Assembly (NCBI RefSeq): GCF_001194135.2
Contig: NC_068993.1
Location: forward strand, 43,467,963 to 43,530,541
Origin: Octopus bimaculoides
Taxonomy: Eukaryota
Length of the DNA stretch: 62,579 nucleotides
Reading direction: 5' to 3'
A program made the translations under genes and the position numbers. Positions within the stretch are counted from its first letter, which is position 1. Each line of letters begins with the position of its first letter. Positions 12,826 to 26,649 of this stretch are shown in pieces. Under the pieces are notes generated by a model. That model saw nothing but the letters and a program-made list of their open reading frames with translations. It searched no databases and had not been told where the DNA came from.

Positions 12826-13765
12826 CTATATTTATTCTGGTTAAAGAAGTTGGAGATGTAGTCTTGCAAATTGTATGGTGACTTTCCTACTGGTGGCACA
12901 AGAAAAAAGAGCCCAGGACACACGTGCCAGATACACGAGGTGGTTGGCATTAAGTAGGGCATCTCACCATAGATACCCATGGCAAAGCAGACAGACATGG
13001 AAGTACAATACGATTCTTAGAGCCATCAGATCTTGTCAAACCATCCACCCATGCCAACATGAAGTATGACCATTAAACAAAAGTAGTGGGGTTTTCCACT
13101 GATATTTTTTTGGATGTATCTATCTGTCTGTGTATATATGCAAACATACACACATACAACAGTCTTCTTTCAGATTCTGTCTGCCAGATCTACTCACAAA
13201 GCTTTGGTTGGCCTGGAAATATAGTAAAAGACTTGCCCAAACTGCTGCACAATGGAAATGAACTTGAAAACACATGATTGGGAAACAAATTTCTCAACCA
13301 TGCAGCCATGCCTGTACTTTTATATGCTCCAGCATAACCGCAGCTCTCAAGCTGATACTAGTTAAAGAGAATCATATTTAACAAAGACTTTTTTTCACCT
13401 GAGATCGTAGCTTAAATTCTGCATTATTTTGAAGGATTTTTTGCATTTTGCATTATTGCAGACAAATGAAGTAATTTATTTATTATTAAATATAACAATA
13501 TAAATTATTTACATGTTTTTTGGTTACAAAACAATTTGTCGTGGTATTAGAATTTTCTTATTGTTAAATAAAATTTCATCAAACTATTTCTCTGTCATTT
13601 ATGACTTCACACACACACAGTAAACAAAAGCAAATGGATAGTTTAAAACATCACTACACACATTTCAGTAGCAATGGTTTAATTCAAATGTGAGTCCATT
13701 ACATAATTTATTAGGTAGCATTATGTTAATTCAAATTGTTACACACCATTTCATATCAGCTGATA

Positions 13766-13888
<123 letters not shown>

Positions 13889-13923
13889 CTCAGAAATGAG
13901 AACTGTAAAGTGTGGCAGCTTAC

Positions 13924-14025
13924 TTTGAATCAAATGGTTATTGGCTATTTCCACACCATGTTTATTTTCTAGCATATAAAATGTGTATTTTGCCATGAAT
14001 TTATAGACGCATTCCATCAATTTTT
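13924..14025 (-). CDS. Candidate exon, 102 nt, xKLMECVYKFMAKYTFYMLENKHGVEIANNHLIQ; product unknown
   Basis: Donor A|gtaagc and an open frame; acceptor attactag| is weak. Confidence 0.2.
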
Positions 14026-15189
14026 CTAGTAATTACTATCAGAGGTACCAAATAATAGCCACCTGGTATTTTACATAAAACTACAGGAATTAATATTTTT
14101 TTTTTTTTTCGGTTTTGTTTTTTTTATATTTGGTATGTGAGATTCTTGATGTAAACTAATGTCTTGAAACATATTTTGTTGTATCTTGGGAGGATCATTG
14201 TGCCAATAATAAACTTACACATTGATTATATGTCACTTCTTTATTGTTTTATTTGTCAGTGGGTTAACTATTTAACCAATTAACTAATCGATTGTTTGAT
14301 TAGTAGTTCAGCTAATCAGTGACCCTCCTGAGACACAGGAATTGAATTTCTTACATTAGACATTTTTTTATTTGTTTTGGTCTCCCCTGTATTTATTGCT
14401 TCTATAATGTTCTCACAGTTGTTTTGGTAGGATTACTTTGTTTGTTTGCTGTTTTCAGTCATGACCTGTGTATAAAAGTATTCTGATGTGTTTGAGCTTT
14501 TACATTTTTTCCCACACACACACATACACACACAATCCCTCATAAAAAAAACTTGATGTAATAGTTTTGTATATTTACCTGCACTAATAAGCATGTTATT
14601 TTATTCATGCACAAAATGTAGGAGTAAATTTCATGTTTATTGTGTGGATTTGTTACAGTTCAAAAAGAAAATTTGTTAATGTATAAAGCCAGTTCATAAA
14701 ATGACAAAATGTGGTGATATTTTTAATGTGTATTTAATCACACATACACACATATATATATATATTTCTGTTTTGTTTACTTTCATAAACAGAAAACTCT
14801 GGTATAGAAATTGTATTTCATAGTATAACAACAGTTGGTTAAATGTGTGTAACGCTCTGATGTTCTTTGCCAAATGTTTACAATCACTAAACAGGTTAAT
14901 GGAAAGCATTTGGCTCTAGTTAAACATTCATTGGCGATTCCTTGTTTTACCACTTCTACTATAAAGACTAAAATGGACGTTCTCTTAGATATTTAGCCCA
15001 GGCATGGCTATGAGGTTAAGAAGTTTGTAAGGAGCAGGCATGGCTGTGGTTAAGAAGTTTCTTTCCCAACCACATGATTCTGAGTTTGGTTCCACTGCGT
15101 GGTGCCTTGCGCAAGTGTCTTCTGCTGTAGCTCTGGGCCAACCTAAAGCCTTGTGCATTGATCTGATTGGTGGAAATTGAAAGAAACCC

Positions 15190-15221
<32 letters not shown>

Positions 15222-16840
15222 ATGCATGGAGGTGTATGTGTCTCCTTGTCTTGACCATCATACAGCATCATCATCATACAAGTGATTCTCATCATTTCCA
15301 ATTTCTCATGGAAACATGTACAAATATGGAGAAATATTATCTTATATGGAAAGAGATATGTCAGTGACAGAAAGGGCACCTGGCCCTTAGAAAATTTTTT
15401 TTTTTTTTAATTCCCTCTAGGAATAGTGGACATTAAAACGATGATGAGGCGGAGGAGGATTTAGCTCCATATCCTTCAGGAACCAGTGTCAAAATTTAAT
15501 CCCTTCTGATATGAAATCCCCTATAACAACCCCTGGTACATTGCATAAACATCCTGCTTAAAATTATCTAAATTAAAATTTTCCCTCAAAATTTTATGCT
15601 CGTTTATGTTCCAAACCCCAGCTTAATAATGACAAGATAATTTTACTAAATTCTTCATTATTTTCAAAATTAATTTAAGCAAAGACAATGTATTTCAACA
15701 AATATATGGTTACAAAACGGTCAAGGAGCTAAAAATTTCATCTGTAACAAATTTTGTCAGCTACAAGAAAAGAAAATTGCCAAACAATAAACATATTTGA
15801 TAATTATAAAATAGTAAATTAAGATTTTGGAAGCCAATCCCTATTTTGGTTCTCTTCGAATGAGACGTTAATTTTATAAATCTTCTATTTAATTTATTGG
15901 CAAATCACCAAAACAGCAATTACAGAACAATTGTTTAAAATCTTGATGTTTAATTTTGAGCCAAATTGTTTTCTTGTTCGACAAATCATAATTCTTGATT
16001 AATATCCTACCAAATGCACAGGGACAAAACTCCTCTTATCAGTAAATTTATTTGTTTATTCACTTTTTTTATGGAGATAGCATGGGTTAGATGAATATGC
16101 TTTTTTTTTTCTTTTTTTTTTTTTAGTGGAGGTGTTTCCAGCTGGATTCCCTTTCTGTTTTAAACCTTATTTTTCAAGTAGTGTTCATTCCACTAATCTT
16201 AACTTACTGAGCTGTCTAAAATTTGTTGACAGGAAAATGGCAACAGACAGCTCCATCTTATAGTTCAGTGACATCACAGAATGTAAATATTCTCGTATGT
16301 GATGGCACACATGTGCATAAAATGGATTTTGTACTGTACCAAATTTGCTTAAAAGATGATAGTTAGCCTAGGGCTGAAGACACTTGACCAAGGTGTTGTG
16401 CAGTGGAACTGAACACAAAACAACATAGCTACAATGCAAACTTATTAACAATACAACCATGTCTCACCTTTAAAAAAAATAAATTAGTTTCATAATAAAT
16501 GGAAAGAGTTAAAAAGCATGGCACAGTAGCTTACCTCGCAACCACATCTTTCTAGATTTTATACCACCTTGGGCAAGTTTTTTAACCATATCTGCAGATT
16601 ACTCCTAACTATTTTTTGAGTGATATCATGGAAGACAGAAAGATTGTAGAGTATTTGGTGGATTGACCATATCTGTTCTTATGTAGATGACAATCCACCA
16701 TCCAGTTTAACACCTCCATCTGACACTTGAGTGACACTTAATGAAAGTTCATTCTATTGCTAAGATGAAGACCATATCTCTGGTTTATGACTAACTCCTT
16801 TTTCTTCCACTAATCTGAGTACTGCCCTTTTTACACAGAC

Positions 16841-17069
16841 TTAACCCCTCTGTTACCATATTTCTGTTGAGATGCTCTGTGTTTCTTTCAATTAATTTTA
16901 AGTATAACAAATAATTTAGTCAAGTAACTTAGTTACCATTCAGCTGGTGTTAGGAACATAAATTGAGACTAAGGTTTGGTGGAAGATTTTGATTCAGAAC
17001 TTTTGAAAACAAGACATTTGTACTACAGAACCAGAGGCGGTTTCAGCCAAGCTGGTATCAAAAGGGTTC
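16841..17069 (+). mobile_element. TTAA-flanked MITE family 1, near full length (~228 bp), piggyBac-like
   Basis: Left end ttaa-cccct, right end aaaggg-tt. TTAA target sites and CCC/GGG termini are piggyBac hallmarks. Confidence 0.75.
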
Positions 17070-17345
17070 ATCATCATCATCATCGTCGTTTAACGTCCGC
17101 TTTCCATGCTAGCATGGGTTGGGCGATTGACTGAGGACTGGTGGACCAGGAGGCGACACCAGGCTCTAATCTGATCTGGCAGAGTTTCTACAGCTGGATG
17201 CCCTTCCTAACGCCAACCACTCCGANNNNNNNNNNGCTGGATGCCCTTCCTAACGCCAACCACTCCGAGAGTGTAGTGGGTGCTTTTACGTGCCACCGGC
17301 ACGAGGGCCAGTCATGTGGGTACTAGCGACGGCCACGCTCAAAAT
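17069..17345 (-). mobile_element. RTE-tail element, young, inserted at the right terminus of the MITE
   Basis: Same family as 9323; a 10-N gap with duplicated flanks lies inside it. Confidence 0.8.
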
Positions 17346-17599
17346 GGTTAAATCCGCTAAAGAAAAAGAAGTATGAAATGCACCAAAAACAATTGCAGTG
17401 TTACTACCAGTTCAAATGAGTTTGTGGCACTTTTGAACTAATAAGCAAGTCATTTATTAGCCAAAACATGCCACCAGCATATTTATACTGGTAGTAACAT
17501 TACATTTATACATATCACAACTTAACGCTCCCATTTCATATTTTAACAATTGTTTTTGTTTTTATAAAATTTCTTATATTTAATTATAAAAATATTCTT

Positions 17600-17990
17600 T
17601 TTGTTTCAATCATTTGACTGTGGCCATGCTGGAGCACTGCCTTTAGTCAAGCAAATTGACCCCAAGACTTATTCTTTGTAACCCTAGTACTTATTCTATT
17701 GGTCAGTTTTACCGGACCACTAAGTTACGGGGACATAGACACACCAACATCAGTTGTCAAGCAATGGTAGGGGTACAAACACAGACACACAAACACATAT
17801 ACACACATACATATATATATATACATATATACAACTGGCTTCTTTCAGTTTCCATCTACTAAATCCACTCACAAGGCTTTGGTCGGCCCGAGGCTATAGT
17901 AGAAGACATTTGCCCAAGGTGCCACACAGTAGGACTGAACCCAGAACCTTGTGGTTGGGAAACAAGCTTATTATTACACAGCCACTGGGA
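17600..17990 (-). mobile_element. SINE family A, full length
   Basis: Reverse complement of 7589-7995. Confidence 0.85.
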
Positions 17991-18669
17991 ATTTTTAAAC
18001 ATCAAATGGCTATGAGGATTCACCTAAATAAAATAAGAATCAAAGGTGTCCATAGGTAAAAAAAATAGTTGAGAAACACTGGTCTAGAGTCAGATATTTT
18101 GGTGAAACATACAAGAAACACATTTTAATTTCATTTGGNNNNNNNNNNNNNNNNNNNNNNNNNNNNNNNNNNNNNNNNNNNNNNNNNNNNNNNNNNNNNN
18201 NNNNNNNNNNNNNNNNNNNNNNNNNNNNNNNNNNNNNNNNNNNNNNNNNNNNNNNNNNNNNNNNNNNNNNNNNNNNNNNNNNNNNNNNNNNNNNNNNNNN
18301 NNNNNNNNNNNNNNNNNNNNNNNNNNNNNNNNNNNNNNNNNNNNNNNNNNNNNNNNNNNNNNNNNNNNNNNNNNNNNNNNNNNNNNNNNNNNNNNNNNNN
18401 NNNNNNNNNNNNNNNNNNNNNNNNNNNNNNNNNNNNNNNNNNNNNNNNNNNNNNNNNNNNNNNNNNNNNNNNNNNNNNNNNNAAAAAACAATAATGAAAA
18501 TACTCTAATTACTTTTAGAACAACAAAAAATAATTCTTTAACCTAATATTTTTTCTTTATGATTATATAACTAAAACATGTTCCAGCCTCTGAACCACAG
18601 GCATACTGTCGGCTCTCTCTCTCTCTGTTATCATTAATATAATGGCCTCTGTTCCTCAAAACTATTGAG

Positions 18670-18940
18670 TCTGGTACCTCCTCCCCTCAGGCTCTTCCAA
18701 TCCACTTCTCATCACCCTTGTTGCATCCAACCTTCCCAATCCTGCACTAGCCACTGCACCCAATCCTTCCTCCCCAGAACATTGACCTTCTGGAATCTTC
18801 TCCCTGCAACAGTTTAAGCAGAACATCAATCTCACCAATCTCATAGGCTTGCAATAGTCACTCTCCAGAGCACTGGCCTTCTGCAATTTCCGCTGTGCTC
18901 ATGGCTTTCCTGCAACAGTTTAAACGCAACATCAATTACA
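18670..18940 (+). mobile_element. CR1-clade LINE ORF2 C-terminal remnant
   Basis: Translates to HHPCCIQPSQSCTSHCTQSFLPRTLTFWNLLP, then LQQFKQNIN and LQQFKRNIN; this matches the SFFPRTxxxWNxLP...LQxFK motif of CR1/L2 ends. Confidence 0.6.
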
Positions 18941-19042
18941 TCATGCTTACCATCCTTGGAGGTCCTACAATGGTCATTGGACACTGCTTCATCCTCTAGA
19001 CTCAACAAGTCAATTGTCATCAACATCATCATCATTATTGCT

Positions 19043-19626
19043 TTAACCATTTAGCATTCAGATTATTCTGTCAAATGTAATACTTATTTATTACCTCCGC
19101 CTTAGCGAAGGCATTGTTTTCAGTTGTGTGTGTTTGTTTGTTTGCCCATGGACAAGATATCTCAAGAATCGCTGGATGGATTTGGATGAAACTTTCAGGG
19201 ATGTTTGGCCTCATTACTGGCATGCACTGATTAGATTTTGGGATCGATCTGGTACTGGACAAGGATTCTGAATTATTTTTCCTGTTTTTTTACTTAATTT
19301 TTGAGAGCGGCCGGATTCATTTTTAGTATTCTCATTTGTGAGAGCAGTCAAGTTTATTTCAGATATTCTCATTTTAAAAATCATCTCTGGCTAATTGTTG
19401 AGAGGACATTGGTGTTGCCTTGGTGGAGGTTTGCACTCTCTGAGTGTGCTTGTTCATATTGTTTTCAATTAATCATGCACTATCTTGTAACTTTGAGATT
19501 TTGATGTGATTGTTTAATTTTAGAATGAAATTATAGGGTAGATGACAAAGAGCCAGATCTAGCCAGTTTGAATATAAAACAGAATATTTTGGCTGGGTAT
19601 AACAGGTTTGAATACTAGAGGATTAA
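19043..19626 (+). mobile_element. TTAA-flanked MITE family 2, split by a Helentron-like insertion
   Basis: The halves 19043-19092 and 19455-19626 rejoin colinearly with the copy at 26420. Confidence 0.7.
19090..19454 (+). mobile_element. Non-autonomous Helentron/DINE-like element
   Basis: Subterminal inverted repeats acctccgcc and ggtggaggt, 5' hairpin ccttagcgaagg, (gttt)n tract, TT insertion site and no TSD. Confidence 0.65.
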
Positions 19627-20074
19627 TATTCACTTTCCCTTGCTTTGCATCGGTTGAATGGAGTTTACTGAGGCAGGTTTTCTGTGGTTGGATGCCTATC
19701 TTCCAGTCACCAACCCTCGTCTGCTTCCAAGCAAGGTAATATTTCCCCGTGACAGATATGTTTCTACAGAATATTGTAAGTGAATAACAGTAACCCTTAT
19801 TTGTAACTGTCACGTGATGTCAAGACAAGACACAAGAATATACACACATGATGGGCCTTTTTTCAGTTTCTGCCTATCAAATTCACCCACATGACTTTGG
19901 TTAGCCCAGGGCTATAGAAGATGTTTGCTCAAAGTGCTACACTATGAGTCTAAATCCAAATTCAGAAACAAACCTCTTAACTATACAGCCTCACCTACAC
20001 CAAGTTTGCACCTACTGAGCATCCCCATCATACAACCCTGTAGCCTATATGTATATATATGTATGTATGTATAT

Positions 20075-20440
20075 CATCATCATCAACATCCGTTTTCCAT
20101 ACTGTCATGGGCTGGATGGCTTGACAGGAACAGGCAAGGTCAGGGGCTTTACCAGTTTTCATAGTCTGTTTTGGGCTTGGTTTCTATGACTGGATGCCTT
20201 TCTTAATGCCAACCACTCTAGAGTGTACTAAGTGCTTTTTACATAGCACTGGCACCTATATCAATTTTTTTATATGGCACCAGCACCAGTGCTTTTTATG
20301 TGGAACCAGCACCCACACCAATGTTTTTCATGTGGCACCTTGGTTTAGGAACTCAATTCTGTTGTGGGTAGGTCTTCTTGAGTACAGCAATGCACCACAT
20401 ATCTCAATCTTCTGTCATCTCCAAGAAGTACACCTAAGCC
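20075..20440 (-). mobile_element. RTE LINE 3' end with ORF2 C-terminus
   Basis: Minus strand reads EMTED*DMWCIAVLKKT, followed by the UTR shared with 9323. Confidence 0.7.
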
Positions 20441-20574
20441 CATACTATTATAATACAACAGTATTACAAAAGCCTTAGAGTGCCTTTAGTAAATTAGAAG
20501 AGGTAATCCAAGGGAAAATGAAAGAGGCTAATTGAAATCTGTTCCTGCTAAGCCAATCTAGCCCTTTTCATCTT

Positions 20575-20622
<48 letters not shown>

Positions 20623-21524
20623 TGTGTGTGGAGTGGGAGAGAGAGAGAAAAGAAAGTCATGCTAATAATACTTTTATATGTCCATTGTTGTATGTAAGGC
20701 AACACCTAAACAGTATATAAATAGATGTTGTTTAAACAGTATACTGTTTGATAATATCAATTCTGCCTGTTGATTTAAATTGGGTCTGATTTAATTAGTA
20801 GCCACTACCAACTGTACAAAGTATATTATATCTTTCCATGAGGAAAAACAAACACAAGAGGCTTCTTTAAAAGTTTGTCAGATAAAACTACACCGTTTGA
20901 CTGAGCATCCTTTTGTGAACCCATCCCCTGCCTCTTTGATATTTTATCTCAGTTTATTAATCCACATCAAAACATTGCTTGTTTAAATTAGATATTTTCT
21001 TATGACTTTTTAAAATAATAATTTCTGACACAAGGACAGCACTTTGAAGGGTTAAGGCAATTAGTTAATTAAATCAATCCTCAACGCTTGGTTGGCATAG
21101 TGATTCAACCCTCTGGTAGGATGAAACGCAATAGTGACCTGGGCAAAATTTGAACTCATAATGTGAAGAGCCATAACTGAATACCACAATGTATTTCGTT
21201 CAATGTTCTAACGATTCTATCAATTCACTACCTTTTGTCTTTTTAAAATAATGGTTTCTAACTGAGGAATAAGACAAACAACTTTGAAGGGGAAGATGTG
21301 CATCGATTAAATCAACCATTTGTACTTGGTTATACTTTATCGACCCCTGTAGAATAAAAGAATCTGAATTCAAAATAAAAAGATACATAACTAAATTCCT
21401 CCAAGCTTTTGTCCAATGTTCTAACAGTTTTCCAAATCCATCAACCTTTGGCTTTTTGAAATAATAAAATCAGTTCTGTTAAAATATATTTGATCAGAAA
21501 TTCACCATAAATTATGTGTGTACA

Positions 21525-21684
21525 TAGGCATAGGTATGGTTGTGTGGTTAAGAAGTTTGTTTTGCAACTACATGCTTTCAGGTTCAGGCCCATTGCATGG
21601 CACCTAGAGCAAATATCTTCTACTATAGCCTTGGGCCCACCAAAGCCTTGTGAATGGATTTGGTTGATAGAAATTGAAAGAAGC

Positions 21685-21726
<42 letters not shown>

Positions 21727-22290
21727 CATACTATATCTATGTGTGTGTGTGTTTGTGGTTGTCCCCTACCTCACCACTGCTTGACAACCAGTGTTGGTGT
21801 GTTTGCATCCCTGTGACTTAGCAGTTCAGTAAAAGACACATATAGAATAAGTACCATTTCTTTTTTTTTTAAATGTACTGGGATCGATTCATTTGGCCAC
21901 AGTCTAGTCACTGAAACAGATAAAAGATGGGCATAGGTATGGCTGTGTGGTTAAGATGTTGGCTTTGCTACCACATGCTTTCAGGTTCAGTCCCACTGCA
22001 TGGTACCTTGAGCAAGTGTCTTCTTCTAGAGCTCTGCCTAATGAGTGAATTTGGTAGATGAAAACTGTGTGAAAGCCCATCATGTGTGTGGGTGTGTTTG
22101 TTCCCACTACCTTCACCATTGCTTGACAACTGGTGTTGGTTTGCTTATGTTCTAATATCTTGGTGGTTCAGTAAAAACATTGATGGAATGAGTACCTCAA
22201 AAAAAATTTTTTAATTGGGGATCAGTTCGTTCCGCTAAAAAGAACCTTTCAAGCTGGTGCCCCCAACTCGCCACAGTCCAATGACTGAAG
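21525..22290 (+). mobile_element. Two adjacent SINE family A copies
   Basis: Heads ggcataggtatggttgtgtggttaag at ~21527 and ~21930, each followed by body and tail. Confidence 0.8.
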
Positions 22291-22865
22291 CAAGTTAAAG
22301 ATATCACACCAGGTGAACTAATATCAGTTCAGCAATAGCGGAGATTGAGATGTATATCTTACAATTAGGAGTCTTGTGTGAGAAGAAAACAAATGATAAT
22401 TTCACTGAGATGAAACAAAATTGATAACCTTTATTAAAACAATGACACAGAAAAGAAATTAGAAAACAATAGATATCCTCAGTTGCAACACCATGAACTT
22501 ATTGTGATTTGCACTAAATAACCTGCTTGGAAGTATGGAATTACTATGGAGAGAAGTAACAGTAGGAGGATGGTTGGAAGTTGGTTTTTGTTTTGTTTTT
22601 TAATTCTATCAATTTAGTTATCGCTAACAATCTAATGATTGGTATCACAGTTTACTGTAAACAATCTCCTGCAAGCAAAACATTAAAGTTATTCAATGAA
22701 TTGCTTGATTCTCAGGGTTGTAAAAATCTAGAAACAAGATAATTTATTAAAAAAAAAAACACATGGGATAAATGTTTCCATTCTGTCTTTTCTTTTCCTC
22801 TAAAGAATAGAACTCATTTGCAATGGAAATTGAAGCAAATTAATATATACAAATGTGTGTGTGTG

Positions 22866-22899
<34 letters not shown>

Positions 22900-23005
22900 A
22901 CTGTGGTTTAGTTTAGTTTATTTTGTGTTCTTTGCTACATTGGTTTCTATTAACCCATTTATTCTATCAGAAGAATTTTTATTCATTAAGATAGAAGAAA
23001 TACAC

Positions 23006-23040
<35 letters not shown>

Positions 23041-24216
23041 GATATCACCTACTAAAGGAATATTACAAGTTAGTGTGTAGGGAATAACATCATTGCTGTT
23101 ATTACTATTGTTGGAAGCAAGAGAGGAGGACTGCATGTTTCTCAAACTGTTTTTGTGTATTAAATATCCATCATCTGACTGGCATTCCAATCACGACCAA
23201 CCCAGCTTCTTTACTGTCATATTACATCCAGGATTGAGATATATTCATTCTTAAAACAGTGGAGATGAACATAGAAAGGGATTTATGTTGCTGTTTCTAG
23301 CAGGTCACATAGAGGTTCTTTCATTGACTCCTCTCACAGTTGCTTATCATCTTTCTCAAACTATCTGTCAATTTCTATTCTAAAATGTATATATATGTGT
23401 GAAATTCAGTTAATGCTTTTTTTTAAAGACTATATTACTATTGTAAAACACTTTGTTTTAATAATTTTTTTTTTAAATAAGGAAGACTTTAGTTAAATGT
23501 CTTTGTCAGTATTAAGATAGTGTCTAGAACACAAAATTGATATTAAATTTTGATGGAAGGTTTCCAATCACTTTAGAATAGAAAGTTTATATCATAAAAC
23601 TTGGGAACAAACTCATGAAGGTTAGTATCAAAATGGTTATGCAGCTTGTCAGACAATAACTTTAAACAAGTGTAACATGAACGAAGAAAGAACCTCTTAA
23701 CAAATGATAGATACACACTTATAATATTGGATAGTTCTGGGCACTACCCTTACACAACTGCCCTATCAGCTCTTCAACTCTATCCCTTCCTTTTTCTCAA
23801 TAACCCCTGACACTACTCCTTTTCCTTGTCTTTTTCCCTGCCATACTCACCCATCCCCTTCTTACTTACCATCCCTCATCCTTCTGTCTTGAATCATCAC
23901 TTATCCTCTTCTGTTCCCCATCAGTTATAGGGGTCACTTCTAAGTTATGAGATGATTATCACAAGTGTGGATACCATAAAAATAGCCAATATAGTCTGTG
24001 AAGGGCATTAGCAAGGACTTCTAGCCATAGAAGCCATACCAGTGTAAATATTGCTGCAATGACAGTCTTCTGACTTGTCGCACTCTGTCAAACTGTCCAA
24101 CATATGCCAGCATGGAAGCCACGCATTTAAAGATGATAGTTGTGTGGTAAGAAGTTTGTTTCCCAACCACATAGTTCCAGGTTCAATCCCACTGCATGGC
24201 ATCTTGAGCAAGGTGT

Positions 24217-24540
24217 TCCACCTTCGAATGAGAGCATGGTATCCCTGCCCCGTAAAATTCTGTTCACTGTTCTTTGGGCCACTTCTTCACTACAGTTTTC
24301 ACTTCCTCGTCACTGGATTATCATCTCTTCGGCCCCATGAAAGAGGGTTTGAGAGGCAAACATTATTCCAGTGACAAGGAAGTGAAAACTGTAGTGAAGA
24401 AGTGGCTCAAAGAACAGTCAACAGAATTTTACAGGGCAGGGATACATGCTCTCATTCAAAGGCGGAGCCATTACTATTGAGAGAAACAGTGACTATGTTG
24501 AGAAGTAGGGATGTGATCCACAGAGGACCAGCTTCATATG
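24217..24540 (+). mobile_element. Mariner transposase C-terminal remnant with a fold-back duplication
   Basis: Translates to DYHLFGPMKEGLRGKHYSSDKEVKTVVKKWLKEQSTEFYRAGIHALIQR...ERNSDYVEK*, the region after the mariner YSPDL motif. 24217-24317 is an inverted copy of 24367-24466. Confidence 0.9.
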
Positions 24541-24574
<34 letters not shown>

Positions 24575-25204
24575 NNNNNNNNNNATATATATATATATAT
24601 ATATAGGTGCAGACAAAAATGTGTGGTTAAGAATTTTGATTTCTAGCTATGCTGTTTCAATCCTACTATACAGCACTTTGGGGAAGTATCTCCTACTCAT
24701 GTCTCACGCTGGTCAAAGCCTTGTGAAAGAATTTCTAGAAACTAGAAGAAACCTCTTGTGTGTGTGTGTATCAAGGAATTGTCTTTTTGCTTTGTGCCTT
24801 CAAAGACATGTGAAATAAGAGATCTCATACTTGAAAAACAGGCAAGGGTTTACAACAGGAAAAGCATCCAGCTGTATAACAATGCCTCAACAATAGCTTC
24901 GTCTATCTCATGCTAGCATGAAAAAAAATAGATGCAAAACAAATGATCAAACAAACAAATATTGTTTTGTCAAAACTTTCACTGTTCTTAATTGTAATTG
25001 GCACATGCAATAGATTTCAATTATTTTTCTAGTTGGAAGCATTCGAAAAGTTTATAAATTCATTTTTGGATCGCTGAATTTTTCCATAAAAAAAAAAAAA
25101 GTTCTTTCCTCTTCTTCAGAAGTTTTCCAATGAATCAGCAGGATTAGTATTATAAAAGTAAAGCAGCATAGAAAACATCTAAGTTTCCTTTAATTCAACT
25201 GGAG

Positions 25205-25237
25205 AAGATAATAATAACAATAATAATAACAGTTTTG

Positions 25238-25279
<42 letters not shown>

Positions 25280-25335
25280 GTGATGATGATGATAATAATA
25301 ATAATGATAATGTTAATATTGGTAATAATAATAAT
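25205..25335. repeat. (AAT/GAT)n microsatellite
   Basis: Direct run. Confidence 0.95.
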
Positions 25336-26419
25336 ATTCTCTAGTTAAAACTTGAAAGAATACTTTTATTTATATTACTATAATTTCTTCATAAATTTTA
25401 TAATTTCAGAATTTTATATTTTTTTTAATTTTAATTTTTTTTTATCTAAGAATTTTGTCAGTAGCTTTGAACATCTGTTTCAAACACTATAATACCATTT
25501 CCATTTTCCACAGATTTAAATGCAATGAAATACTTTTTCCCTATATTGACTACTAAATCTATTATTTAGTTTTATGTGTTATAATTATTTTTTTATGTTT
25601 TTTTATTTTTCACCTCTTTAGATTTCAATAAACCACGTTTGTTTGGTTGTCAGTTTTTTTTTTTTGTTTTTTTCTCTCTTTTTTTTTTCTTTTTCTCCCT
25701 CTGTTCTTTTGATGAAAGTACTAGGAATGATGAAGAAGGTTGGAAATAAAAAAATTTTTTCAAAAATTAAAAAATAAAATTCCTTTCTTCCCTCAAAATC
25801 AATCCATGTAAAAAGTAATGCAGCTGGAAAATGAAATTATGCAAAGATTGTAAATATAAAAGACAGGAAAAAAAAACGGATTTCAGAGGGTTGGAGAAGG
25901 GGTGGTAGCAGAGTTAAAACTCTGAAAATAAATGAAGCCACTTAAATGTGTATCTACATTTCATATTTCTACACTCAAACCTGACACTAATTAACTCTGG
26001 CTAATTAGTATTAAAAGTTATGTTTGTATAATGACTTTTAATTTGATACCACATGAAGATTAAGCTAGTGGTTATAATATTGGATAAGATTGACTTGCAG
26101 TGTTTTGTGCCATTTGGCTCTTTGTGATCTGAGTTCAAGCCCTACTAAGGTCAGTCAACTTTGTCTTTCATACTTTTAGGTATTGATAAATGTAAAATGC
26201 CTGGAATTGATTCTTCTCTTTCTCTTCTTTCTCTTCTGGGTGTCATAACTTACTTGGTTAAATTCAGAGCCAAGTTTTCCATATGGTGGGTCCTCTTCCA
26301 CTACGTTGGAGTCTTTGGCTCATCGTGGGAATATATCTCCATCAATGTTTTTCCTATAAGTATTTCTGTGGTCACTGTCCTGGTGAATTTTCTAGTCTTG
26401 TACTCTCTCTCAAAATCTC

Positions 26420-26645
26420 TAACTATTTAGCATTCAAATTTCTTTGTCATATGTAATGCTTGTTTATTTATATCATTTTGAATCACTCATGCATTATTCC
26501 ATAGCTTCAAGATTTCAATGATATGATTGTTTTATTCTTAGAATGATATTATAGGGTAGATGGGAAAGGATGGATTTGCTTTGTTTAAACATAAAATAGA
26601 GAGTATTTTGGCCAGATATAGTTGGTTTAAATGCTATTGAGTTAA
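26420..26645 (+). mobile_element. TTAA-flanked MITE family 2
   Basis: taactatttagcattc ... aatgctattgagttaa termini. Confidence 0.7.
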
Positions 26646-26649
26646 ATAT

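Noticed and set aside
17196-17270. Direct repeat flanking a 10-N gap
   Set aside because: Duplicated contig ends across the gap; most likely an assembly overlap artefact.
18090-18494. Long ORFs containing X runs (also 38367-39197, 53263-53832 and others)
   Set aside because: They read through N gaps.
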